33,708 nucleotides of DNA from an uncultured Bacteroidales bacterium (GCA_900554715.1 USIN01000001.1:1-33708); one strand, 5' to 3'. Shown: positions 9,518 to 19,597, numbered from the stretch's first letter. Notes: generated from the sequence alone by a model not told the origin. Numbers and translations: made by a program.

Positions 9518-11020
9518 ATGGCAGGAATAAAATCTCTCGCCAAAGACACGGCCGTCTATGGCGTCAGCTCTATCATAGGCCGCTTTCTCAACTGGTGTCT
9601 TGTGCCGCTCTACACCATCGTCTTTCCGGTGGCCGAATACGGCGTCGTCACCTTCGTCTACTCTGTCGTCGCCCTGGCGATGATTATCCTAACCTACGGC
9701 ATGGAGACGGGTTTCTTCCGCTTCTCAAACCACGAGCGATGGAAAAATCCCGACGAGGTCTACACGACCTCGCTCATCTCGCTGGCCGTCACCTCGACGC
9801 TCTTCGTCATCGCCGTGGCAGCTTTCCTGAGGCCCGTGTCGGTCTTCATGGAGTGCGGCGACAGACCTTCGTTCGTGATGATCATGGCCGTCTGCGTCGC
9901 CGGCGACGCCTTCCTCGCCATCCCCTTCAGCTATCTGCGCTATAAGAAGCGCCCGATGCGTTTCGCCCTCATCCGCCTCGTCAACATCGGCCTCAACATC
10001 GGCCTTAACCTCTTCTTCATCCTCGCCTGTCCCTGGCTGATGAAGGTCGCCCCGGCGACAGTCTCGTGGTTCTACGACCCGGGCTTCGGCATCGGCTATA
10101 TCTTCCTCTCAAACCTCATCGCCTCGGTCGTCAACCTGCTGATGATGCTCCCCGAGCTTACCTGCGTGCGTTACCGCTTCAACGGCCGTCTGCTCCGCGA
10201 GATGCTCGTCTACTCGGCTCCGCTGCTCGTGCTCGGCGTCGCCGGCATCATGAACCAGACCATCGACAAGATCATCTATCCGAGCCTCGTCTCCGACCCC
10301 GCCGAAGCCATGGAAGGTCTCGGCATCTACGGCGCCAACTACAAGATCGGCATCGTCATGGTGATGTTCATCCAGGCATTCCGCTTCGCCTATGAGCCCT
10401 TCATCTTCTCGCAGGCCAAGGAACGCGGCGAGTCGAGCTACCGCGCCTACAGCGACGCCATGAAATATTTCATCGTCTTCGCCCTGGCGCTCTTCCTCGG
10501 CGTGATGTTCTATCTCGACATTCTCAAGTATTTCATCTCCCCGAAATATTTCAGCGGCCTCAAGGTCGTGCCGATAATAATGCTCGCCGAACTCTTCTTC
10601 GGCATCTTCTTCAACCTCTCGCTCTGGTATAAGCTCACCGACCGCACCATCTGGGGCATGTGGTTCTCACTGCTCGGCCTGGCCGTCACTCTGGCGCTCA
10701 ACGCTCTGCTTGTGCCCCACATCGGCTATATGGGCTGCGCCATCGCCGCCCTGGCTAGCTACTTCACCAGGATGGTGACGAGCTATTTCGTCGGCCGCCA
10801 CTATCATCCCATCGACTATCCTACAGGGCGCATCCTCGGCTACTTTGCCGTCGCCGCCGTCTGCTATGTCATCGGCATGTACTGCATGCCCGACAGCCGT
10901 CCCGTGGCCTTCGCCCTGCGCTTCGTCATCCTCGCGGCCTTCGTCTTCTACGTCATCCGCCGCGAAGGCATCCACCCCATGCAGATGCTCTCACAACTCA
11001 AACACCGCCGCGCAAGATGA
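9518..11020 (+). CDS. Oligosaccharide flippase (Wzx/MOP superfamily)
   Basis: MAGIKSLAKDTAVYG, LTYGMETGFFRF, QAFRFAYEPFIF; many TM helices. Confidence 0.9.
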   Translation: MAGIKSLAKDTAVYGVSSIIGRFLNWCLVPLYTIVFPVAEYGVVTFVYSVVALAMIILTYGMETGFFRFSNHERWKNPDEVYTTSLISLAVTSTLFVIAVAAFLRPVSVFMECGDRPSFVMIMAVCVAGDAFLAIPFSYLRYKKRPMRFALIRLVNIGLNIGLNLFFILACPWLMKVAPATVSWFYDPGFGIGYIFLSNLIASVVNLLMMLPELTCVRYRFNGRLLREMLVYSAPLLVLGVAGIMNQTIDKIIYPSLVSDPAEAMEGLGIYGANYKIGIVMVMFIQAFRFAYEPFIFSQAKERGESSYRAYSDAMKYFIVFALALFLGVMFYLDILKYFISPKYFSGLKVVPIIMLAELFFGIFFNLSLWYKLTDRTIWGMWFSLLGLAVTLALNALLVPHIGYMGCAIAALASYFTRMVTSYFVGRHYHPIDYPTGRILGYFAVAAVCYVIGMYCMPDSRPVAFALRFVILAAFVFYVIRREGIHPMQMLSQLKHRRAR

Positions 11021-12258
11021 AAGTAACCCTCGTCAACCACAGCGACACTCTCGGAGGCGCGTCGGTCGTCACCTACCGCCTGATGGAGGCCCTCTGCCGC
11101 GCGGGGGTCGACGCCCGCATGCTTGTCGTCCGCCGAGCTACCGACGACTGCCGCGTGGCCCTCGCCGGCAACGCCCTGACGCGCAAGGCGGCTTTCATCG
11201 CCGAGCATCTGCGCATCGTGGCCGGCAACGGCTTCAGTCGCAGGAATCTGTTCAAGATTTCAATCGCCTCGGACGGTCTGCCGCTCCATCGCCATCCGTG
11301 GATTAAAGATGCCGACGTCGTCGCCCTCAACTGGGTCAACCAGGGCATGCTCTCGCTCCGCGGCATCCGCCGCATAGCCGCCATGGGCAAACCCGTCGTT
11401 TGGACGATGCACGATATGTGGTGTATGACTGGTGTCTGCCATCATGCCGGCGACTGCGAGGGTTTCCTGCGCGACTGCGGCAACTGTCCGCTCATCAAAG
11501 ACGGCAAGGACGCCCGCGATATGTCGCGCTCGACCTTCCGGCGCAAAGAGCGGCTCTACGACCGCGTGTCTCTTCATTTCGTCGCCGTCAGCCGCTGGCT
11601 GGCCTCGCGCGCCAAAGACAGCGCCCTGCTGCGCGACGAGGATGTCTGCGTCATCCCCAACGCCTTCCCGGTCGCCGAATTTCCGCTGACACCCTCGCTC
11701 TCGCGCGCCGAACTCGGGCTGCCAGAGGGCAAGCGGCTCATCGTCATGGGCGCCGCCCGCCTCGACGACCCTATAAAAGGTCTGCCTGTGGCGGTCGAGG
11801 CCCTCAACATTCTTGCCGACAAGGGCTGCGACGCCGTGGCCGTCTTCTACGGTGCCATGCGCGACCCGGCGGCTCTCGACGGCCTACGTCTGCCTCACAT
11901 CAGCCTCGGCACCATCTCCGACCGCCGTCGCCTCGCCTCGCTCTATGCCCACGCCGACGCGGTCATCTCGACCTCGCAGTACGAGACCCTGCCGGGCACT
12001 CTCATCGAGGGCATGGCCGCCGGCTGTGTCCCCGTGACCTTCGGCCGTGGTGGCCAGGCCGACATCGTCGACCACCTCGACACGGGCTACATCGCCCGAT
12101 ACGGCGACCCGGTCGACTTTGCCTCGGGCATAGAGTTCGCCCTCGGCTGCGCCGACGAAGACCGCGACCGCCGCAGCGCCACTGTCGCCGACCGCTTCTC
12201 TGACGCCGCCATCGCTTCCAAATATATCGACTTGTTTAACCGACTGTTACAGAAATAA
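11017..12258 (+). CDS. Glycosyltransferase family 4 (WcaC-like)
   Basis: GGA near the N-terminus, VWTMHDMW..TGVCHH, ETLPGTLIEGMAAG (ExxxxxxxE). Confidence 0.9.
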   Translation: MKVTLVNHSDTLGGASVVTYRLMEALCRAGVDARMLVVRRATDDCRVALAGNALTRKAAFIAEHLRIVAGNGFSRRNLFKISIASDGLPLHRHPWIKDADVVALNWVNQGMLSLRGIRRIAAMGKPVVWTMHDMWCMTGVCHHAGDCEGFLRDCGNCPLIKDGKDARDMSRSTFRRKERLYDRVSLHFVAVSRWLASRAKDSALLRDEDVCVIPNAFPVAEFPLTPSLSRAELGLPEGKRLIVMGAARLDDPIKGLPVAVEALNILADKGCDAVAVFYGAMRDPAALDGLRLPHISLGTISDRRRLASLYAHADAVISTSQYETLPGTLIEGMAAGCVPVTFGRGGQADIVDHLDTGYIARYGDPVDFASGIEFALGCADEDRDRRSATVADRFSDAAIASKYIDLFNRLLQK

Positions 12259-12794
12259 TGGAAAAAAAGACAATCTGGGATATGAACCGACTGAGCGTCG
12301 ACAGGTTTAAGAGCGCACCCAAAATGCCGCTCGTACTTGTAGCCGACAACGTGCGCTCGCTCAACAACATCGGCTCGCTCTTCCGCACCTGCGACGGTTT
12401 TGCTCTCGAAGCGCTGCTCCTGTGCGGCATCTCGGCGACACCGCCGTCGCCCGAGATACACAAGACGGCTCTCGGCGCCGAAGACTCGGTCGACTGGCGC
12501 CATTACGACGGCACCCTCGCCGCCGTCGCCGACCTGAAAGCCGCGGGTTACACCGTCGCCTGCCTCGAGCAGGTCAAGGAGAGTGTCGCCCTTCAGAATT
12601 TCCCCGTCGATTTCGCCTCGCGCCGCTATGCCATCGTCGTCGGCAACGAAGTCGACGGTGTCGACCAGCGCGTCGTCGACGCCTGCGATGTCTGCATCGA
12701 GATTCCCCAGTCAGGCACAAAGCACTCTCTCAACGTCTCTGTATCAGCCGCTGTGGCAATGTGGCATTTCTATTCTAAATACATTAAGTTATGA
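12258..12794 (+). CDS. SpoU/TrmH-family RNA methyltransferase
   Basis: DNVRSLNNIGSLFRT, GNEVDGV, EIPQSGTKHSLNVSV SPOUT motifs. Confidence 0.93.
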   Translation: MEKKTIWDMNRLSVDRFKSAPKMPLVLVADNVRSLNNIGSLFRTCDGFALEALLLCGISATPPSPEIHKTALGAEDSVDWRHYDGTLAAVADLKAAGYTVACLEQVKESVALQNFPVDFASRRYAIVVGNEVDGVDQRVVDACDVCIEIPQSGTKHSLNVSVSAAVAMWHFYSKYIKL

Positions 12795-13717
12795 AAGAAA
12801 ATCAAACCTTACTGTTCCCCCGCCCTCTTCAGAAGGGCGACAAGATAGCATTCTGTTCACCCGCCGGCGCCGTCAAGGCCGTCTATGTCGAAGAAGCCGT
12901 CGAGGCTCTCGGCAAGCAGGGCTGGGAGGCAATCATAATGCCCCATGCCCTCGGCAAGAGCGGCCACTACAGCGGCACGGCCGACGAGCGTTTCGACGAC
13001 CTTGAAAAAGCCTTCGCCGACCCGGAGGTCCGCGCCATCATCTGCTCGCGCGGCGGCTACGGTGTCGTCCACATCATGGACCGACTCGCCCGCCTCGACC
13101 TGCGCAGCGATCCCAAATGGGTCGTGGGATTCTCTGACATCTCGGCCCTCCACGCCCTGATGCACTCAAAAGGTATTGCCAGCGTCCACGGCTCGATGGC
13201 CGAACACATCCGCCTCGGTGACAGCGACCCCGACAACGCATCACTCTTCGCCGTCCTCCGCGGCGAACGACCCGTCTATACCTTCCCCTCGCACGACTTC
13301 GACCGCTGCGGCATCGCCACGGGCAAACTCGTCGGCGGCAACCTTGCCGTCCTCGCCGAACTCATCAACACACCCTACGACATGATAAAGCCCGGCACCA
13401 TACTCTTCATCGAAGACGTCGCCGAGCCGATATATAAAATAGAGCGCATACTCTATCAGCTTAAACTCAGCGGAGTGCTCGCGAAACTCGGCGGACTTAT
13501 CGTGGGACAGTTCACCGACTACAAGCCCGACGAAAGCTATAACACTATGGAAGAGATGATTCGCGACATGGTCGCCGGCTACAAATATCCCGTCGCCTTC
13601 AACGCCCCGATTGGCCACGTCTTCCACAACATACCTCTCATCGAATCGGCCAAAGTGACCCTCAAGGTCAGCCCCTCGGGCACCAACAGCATCATCTACC
13701 ACCGCAGCGACAACTGA
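12791..13717 (+). CDS. S66-family LD-carboxypeptidase
   Basis: SRGGYG, GFSDIS (Ser), GGNL, LFIEDV (Glu), PIGH (His) catalytic triad. Confidence 0.93.
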   Translation: MKENQTLLFPRPLQKGDKIAFCSPAGAVKAVYVEEAVEALGKQGWEAIIMPHALGKSGHYSGTADERFDDLEKAFADPEVRAIICSRGGYGVVHIMDRLARLDLRSDPKWVVGFSDISALHALMHSKGIASVHGSMAEHIRLGDSDPDNASLFAVLRGERPVYTFPSHDFDRCGIATGKLVGGNLAVLAELINTPYDMIKPGTILFIEDVAEPIYKIERILYQLKLSGVLAKLGGLIVGQFTDYKPDESYNTMEEMIRDMVAGYKYPVAFNAPIGHVFHNIPLIESAKVTLKVSPSGTNSIIYHRSDN

Positions 13718-14274
13718 TGGCCGACAATTATCTTGAAAACAAAATGGACGAGCATCGCCGTGCCGGTGTCCGTCCCACTGTCAGCCGCGCGGCCCGCACG
13801 GCGCCGTCAGCGACGCTGCGCCTCGCCTGCCGTCATATCCTCGTCGACAACGTGCGTCACGAAGCCGCCCCGGCCATCATGTCGCGCCTCAGCGCCACAG
13901 GCGCCACAGTCACTTTCATCGACGATGACGCGACATTCGGCACGCGCCTCGCCCAGTCGACAGGTGCGCGATTCATCCCTCTGACCGGCAGCCTCGAAGA
14001 CGCCATAGCCAAAGCCACAGCCGACCGCGGCCCTATAGAAGCCCTGATAGCCTGCGGCGCCCTAACCCCCGAAGTCCGTCACCTGCTCAATCTCACCGCA
14101 GTCACCAACCTCCTCATCCTCGGCCCCGCCGACTTCACCGCCATCCCTGCGACAGTGAGAGCCAACGCCCTCAACCCGACAAACCTCACCGTAGCCCAAA
14201 CAGCATCCCTCGCCCTCTACCTCCTCACCCGCCCCACCACCTCCCTCAAATCAATAACGATAGAAATAAAGTAA
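13717..14274 (+). CDS. Hypothetical protein, degenerate SDR-like
   Basis: MADNYLE N-terminus followed by a Rossmann-like pattern ('GATVTFIDDD..G..LA...GARF'); no TGxxxGIG or YxxxK; overlaps the upstream stop. Confidence 0.55.
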   Translation: MADNYLENKMDEHRRAGVRPTVSRAARTAPSATLRLACRHILVDNVRHEAAPAIMSRLSATGATVTFIDDDATFGTRLAQSTGARFIPLTGSLEDAIAKATADRGPIEALIACGALTPEVRHLLNLTAVTNLLILGPADFTAIPATVRANALNPTNLTVAQTASLALYLLTRPTTSLKSITIEIK

Positions 14275-14284
14275 CCCCCTGAGC

Positions 14285-14384
14285 TTTCTTTACAAAGAAA
14301 CAGACCTCCGGTCTGCAATTTTGTTAACCGCGGGCACTTGTGCCCGTGGGAAGCAAACCCATAACAACCATCAACCCCGGCGGG
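14285..14384. repeat. REP-like cluster of short palindromes (left of IS)
   Basis: Hairpins TTTCTTT-AC-AAAGAAA (14285-14300), CAGACC-TCC-GGTCTG (14301-14315), CCGCGGGCAC-TT-GTGCCCGTGG (14328-14349), then TCAACCCCGGCGGG interrupted by the IS. Confidence 0.6.
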
Positions 14385-15671
14385 TTATAGTGGTCGGAAG
14401 ACATCAGCATAAGCGATTGAAGGGGATTTGTCAGGTGAACCAGCCCGTCCATCTTGTTCGCACTTATTGTTAAGATACAGCCAGTTGGCAATTTGGATTT
14501 TCATATCCAATATAGCCATTGTAGGGCCTTGGTTTGTCTCAAGTTCAAACAGTTTGATCAAAAGAGCCATTATAAGCGTCATATACAGCATTACTTTGAT
14601 GCCATTAAGATTCACGCTGATTAAATGAGAGAATGAGAGGTTCTGTTTAAGGAATTTGAAAAAGACCTCAATGCTCCACCTGATCTTATATTCATTTGCG
14701 ATGACAATTGCATCCGATTTGAAATCATTGGTTATCAATAACATTTCATCCTGATATTTGCGGTGGTGACTGGCACTGCCTGCAGATCGTGGCCTGGGTT
14801 TAGCGAATCTCACCCTTATTATACGATAAGTGGTGCCGGTATCCCATTTTGTAGAATTTGGGTTTCTCAAATGGGCATCGCAATCCTGTAGCAGTTCGTA
14901 TTCTCCATCATGATCAGCCATACCTCTGACACTGCGTTCGTTGATTATATTGAATAACCGACCCAGTTTCAGTCTGGCTACAAATGTAGCCTTATGCTCG
15001 GCTGTCAGAGTGTCAATCTCTTTCAGATTTTGAGATGAATTGACCCCTCGGTCGAAGGTATATACCTGATAATGTCCATCATTATGAGATATAGCAGCTT
15101 TTACGGTAGAAGCCAATGCGATCTCCTCGCCACTCTGAGTTTGCTTACTGAATATATCCGCAACAAGAACACCGAACCCATCATAGGCAACGCCATACTT
15201 GATTTGTCTGCGTTCTCCTCCATATCTGTCGTTGACACCCGTTTTTATTCCCTCAAGGAGTTTGTTTGCTGTCTCGGATACATAGGTCGTGTCTACTCTT
15301 ACAATATTTGATTTCGCTAAAGGATAGAATCCATACTTATCTAATGCTTTGCTATACAGAAATTTATATGTGTCCTCAAAAAACTTGGGGTTTATAGCGG
15401 ATAATCGTTCCGAGAGTGATGAATGACTTATTTTCCCATGATAAACTTCGACTCCATAAAGTTCATTTAACGACAATAAATTAGCTTCCTTACATACATA
15501 GCGCTGACTAAGTCGGTCTGTCATAAGATAACCCTGCGCTAGAAGAGCAAACAAAGTCATTGAATCTAATTTTTTAGCCTTGTAATTGATATTTAGATCT
15601 CTGGCGTCTGCCTTCATCTCTTCCAACGGGAGTTCCTTAAATACGTCTATGATTGAAAATGTATGTTCCAT
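14385..15671 (-). CDS. IS4-family DDE transposase
   Basis: VDTT (D1), FDRG (D2), YKIRWSIEVFFKFLKQ (Y-2-R-3-E-6-K signature); the stop codon is the end of the left TIR. Confidence 0.93.
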   Translation of the reverse strand: MEHTFSIIDVFKELPLEEMKADARDLNINYKAKKLDSMTLFALLAQGYLMTDRLSQRYVCKEANLLSLNELYGVEVYHGKISHSSLSERLSAINPKFFEDTYKFLYSKALDKYGFYPLAKSNIVRVDTTYVSETANKLLEGIKTGVNDRYGGERRQIKYGVAYDGFGVLVADIFSKQTQSGEEIALASTVKAAISHNDGHYQVYTFDRGVNSSQNLKEIDTLTAEHKATFVARLKLGRLFNIINERSVRGMADHDGEYELLQDCDAHLRNPNSTKWDTGTTYRIIRVRFAKPRPRSAGSASHHRKYQDEMLLITNDFKSDAIVIANEYKIRWSIEVFFKFLKQNLSFSHLISVNLNGIKVMLYMTLIMALLIKLFELETNQGPTMAILDMKIQIANWLYLNNKCEQDGRAGSPDKSPSIAYADVFRPL

Positions 15672-15734
15672 AACAAATGTTTTTATTATAGAACAATTGG
15701 CATAACCATTTAGAATGTCTTCCGACCACTATAA
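14385..15734 (-). mobile_element. IS4-family insertion sequence, 1350 bp
   Basis: Perfect 20-bp terminal inverted repeats TTATAGTGGTCGGAAGACAT (14385-14404 / 15715-15734); flanking 9-mers CCCGGCGGG (14376-14384) and CCCGCCGGG (15735-15743); markedly AT-rich relative to the neighbours. Confidence 0.88.
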
Positions 15735-15823
15735 CCCGCCGGGGTTGAACCACCATTTGCGCCTTACCTTAATAACCTAACTTAATGACTTTATCGCCGT
15801 ATCGATGGAGCTTCCACCACTTT

Positions 15824-15932
15824 ATCGCCTGCAAGGCGATGACTTTACTGATAGCCGCGTAGGCCGAGGCGCACGGCGCCGGCCTGCGCGGTAGCAGACG
15901 CCCGCAATCAACGCGTCTGCAAGACGCTGACT
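15824..15932. repeat. Tripartite REP-like palindromic unit
   Basis: ATCGCCT-GCA-AGGCGAT (15824-15840), a long GC hairpin 15854-15892, and GCGTCT-GCA-AGACGC (15913-15927); both short palindromes end in TGACT. Confidence 0.6.
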
Positions 15933-15956
15933 ATCCCCGCAATACAAAAAAACTTC

Positions 15957-16004
15957 TGTTCTTCTGCCCTTATGTTCTTCTGTTCATGATTGTGAATTGT
16001 GCAT
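15957..16004 (-). repeat. Dispersed 48-bp heptamer/octamer repeat, copy 1
   Basis: Its reverse complement ATGCACAATTCACAATCATGAACAGAAGAACATAAGGGCAGAAGAACA matches 28608-28655 at 47/48 nt. Confidence 0.9.
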
Positions 16005-16039
16005 AAAAAATCCCGGCCTCTTTTCAGAAAACCGGGATT
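16005..16039 (-). terminator. Rho-independent terminator of tRNA-Gln
   Basis: Stem AATCCCGG (16009-16016)/CCGGGATT (16032-16039), followed on the minus strand by a T run. Confidence 0.7.
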
Positions 16040-16045
16040 CTCTCG

Positions 16046-16116
16046 TAGTCTTACCAGGATTCGAACCTAGACAGACAGAACCAAAAACTGTAGTGCTACC
16101 ATTACACCATAAGACT
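16046..16116 (-). tRNA. tRNA-Gln (TTG), CCA not encoded
   Basis: AGTCTTA-TG-GTGT-AATGGTA-GCAC-T-ACAGT-TTTTGGT-TCTGT-CTGT-CTAGG-TTCGAAT-CCTGG-TAAGACT-A folds as a cloverleaf; upstream TAACTTTG element at 16157-16164. Confidence 0.95.
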
Positions 16117-16234
16117 ATCCTGTGCCCAACCGGCCGGATGGCCAGCTAAAGCGTTGCAAAGTTATAATATTTTTGTCAAACGACCAAGCGACAAGTCATT
16201 TATCGCCGAAAAAACTGCCGTTGAAGCCTAAATG

Positions 16235-19200
16235 TCAGTCAAGCACGACAATCTCGGCGCTGTCGCTGACACCAAATCTGCCGTCGACATTCAGATAGCA
16301 GCGCGCACGATAGACGCCCGGCGCGACTTTAGCGCCATCATTGTCGTCGAGCGACCAGCGGTAGGGCATGACGGCGTTGTCGACCGATTTGACCGGGTGT
16401 CCGGCGATGTCCTCGATTACGAGGCGCACTGTCGGCTGTCGTGAACTGTCATAGACAAGAGTCAGTTCGGCCTCTTCGTCCGCTTCGCGTTCAGATGCCT
16501 CGAGCGTTGCCGCAAGGGGCTCGTTAACAACGATGAAATCTATGCTGCGGCTGCTCTTGATGCCGTCGTTGTTCGATGCTGACAGCGTCAGGGTGTGACG
16601 GCCGTCGGCCACTTCACTCACATCAAGGCTGAAAGTCGTCGGCTTGCCGGCCTCGACGATGTCGAGAGTTTCGGTCAGACCCTCGAGCCGGCGCTTGCCG
16701 TCGAGTATCAGCGACACGCCGCCGCCGATGCCCTCGGTTCTGACATCGAGCCCTGATGCGGATGCCATGATTTCACCGTAGACTGTAAAGTCGCCGCTGA
16801 CGACATCGCCGTTGGCAAAATCGCGACCGTTGATATAGAGCGCTGTGATTTCAGGCGCTGTCGGGTCGGCCGAGCCGGGCTCATGTTCGGTCGCTGCTGT
16901 CACGGTCAGGTCTTTATAGACGGTCGTTGCAGACAGACCATTATCAGATACAGCTGTCACGACGATGCGGTTGGACACACCGGGACGCTGGGGATAGGGA
17001 AGTGACAGCGACATGTCGAAGTGGCCGCCGGAGACACGGCCGCGAGCGGTCGCGAGTATATATTCGTCATGCTCGACAGGCAGATTGTTTTCGCCCTTGT
17101 CATTGTCTTTTATCACAGTGTAGAGTGTCTTCGGTCCGTCATAGACGGTGATATAGACCTCGCCGTCGAAATCCTCGTCTACGGCATCGCCGTCGACGAC
17201 AGAACCTGTGAGAGTCATAGTGCCTGGCGCGGTGAGTTCAGACGCTCCGCCGCACACGTCATCGAGCTTTATCGAACGGTTGTGGGCTGCCAGCGGCACT
17301 GCCGGGTCACCACACAGATTATAGCACATCGTGTTGACCGCCAGGCCGAAGCCTGCATTGGTGATTGTCGCGTTATATGCCGTTCTGAACAAATCGCCGA
17401 CGGTCATGCCGGCATCTGCGCCTGCATAGCATTCAGCCATTTTGAGATTGAAAGGCTGGTTATAGTTCATGTAGACCTGGCGGCACGAAGTGACGACACC
17501 GATCATGCCGCCGTGTTCTTCGTCAAGAAACGCGTCGGCGAGGGTCTTTGTGCGACGGTCGAAATCGAAGGTCGAGCAAGTGGCGAGCATCGCCACAGGC
17601 GACACATCATATCTGGTCTTCTCTACGTCTGCCATGCTCCACAGGTTTTCGCCCGTAAGGTCATGGCTGCGCGAATGGCCGGTGAACGAGACATAGCCTG
17701 CGCCGCGACGGAGTATTGATGTCATCGTCGCCCTGGCTGCGACGGCGCTCTTCTTCTGCCACGGATATATCAGGTTGTGTACCTGTACGAAGCCCATCGA
17801 ACTGTTGGCGGCGCTCATGTGCTCCATGACCTCGCGGCTCTGCATGAGATGGGCGTTGTCGTCGCCGTCATCGCTCATCATGACGGCTGTGCCATAGGCG
17901 AGCGCCCGTTCAGGAGATGTCAAATGGCGTTCGATTTTGCGGTTGACCGCCGAGGCCACGCCGGTTGAATAGACCGGGATACGGCCGATGTTTACATCCA
18001 TCACCTCATAATACTGGCGCGAATTGTTATAGTCGTCAGACAGCTTCACGAAATAGCTGTCTGCGGTGTAGTTTGACGACGCATCGTTGGCACAGCCGTC
18101 GATGTCTGTCTCATAGGCGATAAGGCTTTCAAGGCCACCCGCTGCGCCGTCGCGGTTGTCCCACTGCGACGGACCGTAGAGCAGCACATGTTTCAGCCGT
18201 CCCGCGCCGCGGTCATAGAGCATCTTGATAAAACGCTTATAGCCCATCGCCGAGCGTGTTCCCGATGAAAATTCATTGAAAATGTCAGACTGCTCGACAA
18301 CGGCGACGTCAAGACCGTGGCGCCCGTGTATCGCCGCAAGCTCGCGTGCCTGCTCGACAAAATCGCCCGTCGTGATGATTACCATCTCGGGTGTAGGCAT
18401 GCCGTGCAGGTTGCTTGCCCTGACCTCACCCGCATATTCAGGCTTCATGAAGTCGCCCCCTGCGCGGAAGGCTATATATTTCATGACGGCAGGTGCCGAA
18501 CCGCTGTTGCGCACCATCGTCTTGGATGACGAAGCGTCGTAGACCACGTCGAGAGGCCTGACGGCGGCCACGTCGCTTATGTCCCAGACATAGACGTCGG
18601 CGTCACTCTCGGAGATGGCGAAAGTTATAGTCTGGGCATATCGCAGCTCGAGATAATCGCTGTCTCCCAATCGGTTGAGACGGGGATAGCAGAAGCTTGC
18701 GCGGTCAACCGCGACATACTCTGCGTCGGTCGATCCGTCGAGCGTGAGGCCGAAACCGACCGTTTCGCTGTGACCGACAAATGCGTCGGCCGATGTCGGC
18801 TCTACCTGTATATAACCTTCGGCCGTGTTATAGAGGCGTGTCTCGCCTCTTGTGCGCTGCGCCGAACCTTCGCGACGGTATTTTTCTTTGAAAACAGCGG
18901 GCATGTCGATGGCCAGCTTCGTTTCTCCGTCTTCGTTGCGGGCGCCGAAGTTATATTTGAAGATGCCGAATGGCGGCAGACCCGACGTGATATGAAAATC
19001 GGTAATTTCAAAATTGTAGACACGGCGCTCTCCGGGAGTCATCTCTGTATCGTGAAACACACCGCCGCCTTTGCCCGGGTTGACAATATCGTTTTCTATC
19101 ACGACTGCCGACATGTGATGGTCTGACGCGCTTGACTGCGCGACACCGGCCTTGACGCTGCCCCAGCCTGTGCCACCGCCGTCCTCAGTGATGAAATAGT

Positions 19201-19597
19201 AACCGTAGCGGTCATATATGTTGCGGCTTATGTCGAGGCTTGACAGCGACCGTGACCGCGAAGTCGACACGCCCTCGCCATAAAATATGATGCCGTCGTC
19301 CCTGCGCATCGTCGCCGTCGGCCGGACATCGTCGGGCAGATCGGCGTCAAATGTCTCTGTGTAGAGGCGTGAACCGCCGTAGCCGTATACCGTCACGCGT
19401 GACGGGTCGTCGAAGCCCCATTCGGCCAGCGTTTCCCGGTCTATCTTGTAAAGACCGTTCCTGTCGACTCTTATCTTGACCCAGCGTCCTTCCGACAGAG
19501 CCGAGCGGTCGGCATAATACGACACGTCGTAGCCGTATGCGGCGACTGTTGTCGCCAACAGGAAGGCTGTGGCCATATTCTTGAACATTGCATTCAT
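16235..19597 (-). CDS. PorU-like T9SS sortase paralogue (gingipain/C25 family), divergent
   Basis: SALSEGRWVKIRV, YGYGG, NLHG, IFNEFSSG, IGRIPV, DDGD, FTGHS (His), ATCST (Cys), GDPA; C-terminal CTD-like domain. Start reassigned to about 19597 (signal peptide follows). Confidence 0.85.
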   Translation of the reverse strand: MNAMFKNMATAFLLATTVAAYGYDVSYYADRSALSEGRWVKIRVDRNGLYKIDRETLAEWGFDDPSRVTVYGYGGSRLYTETFDADLPDDVRPTATMRRDDGIIFYGEGVSTSRSRSLSSLDISRNIYDRYGYYFITEDGGGTGWGSVKAGVAQSSASDHHMSAVVIENDIVNPGKGGGVFHDTEMTPGERRVYNFEITDFHITSGLPPFGIFKYNFGARNEDGETKLAIDMPAVFKEKYRREGSAQRTRGETRLYNTAEGYIQVEPTSADAFVGHSETVGFGLTLDGSTDAEYVAVDRASFCYPRLNRLGDSDYLELRYAQTITFAISESDADVYVWDISDVAAVRPLDVVYDASSSKTMVRNSGSAPAVMKYIAFRAGGDFMKPEYAGEVRASNLHGMPTPEMVIITTGDFVEQARELAAIHGRHGLDVAVVEQSDIFNEFSSGTRSAMGYKRFIKMLYDRGAGRLKHVLLYGPSQWDNRDGAAGGLESLIAYETDIDGCANDASSNYTADSYFVKLSDDYNNSRQYYEVMDVNIGRIPVYSTGVASAVNRKIERHLTSPERALAYGTAVMMSDDGDDNAHLMQSREVMEHMSAANSSMGFVQVHNLIYPWQKKSAVAARATMTSILRRGAGYVSFTGHSRSHDLTGENLWSMADVEKTRYDVSPVAMLATCSTFDFDRRTKTLADAFLDEEHGGMIGVVTSCRQVYMNYNQPFNLKMAECYAGADAGMTVGDLFRTAYNATITNAGFGLAVNTMCYNLCGDPAVPLAAHNRSIKLDDVCGGASELTAPGTMTLTGSVVDGDAVDEDFDGEVYITVYDGPKTLYTVIKDNDKGENNLPVEHDEYILATARGRVSGGHFDMSLSLPYPQRPGVSNRIVVTAVSDNGLSATTVYKDLTVTAATEHEPGSADPTAPEITALYINGRDFANGDVVSGDFTVYGEIMASASGLDVRTEGIGGGVSLILDGKRRLEGLTETLDIVEAGKPTTFSLDVSEVADGRHTLTLSASNNDGIKSSRSIDFIVVNEPLAATLEASEREADEEAELTLVYDSSRQPTVRLVIEDIAGHPVKSVDNAVMPYRWSLDDNDGAKVAPGVYRARCYLNVDGRFGVSDSAEIVVLD

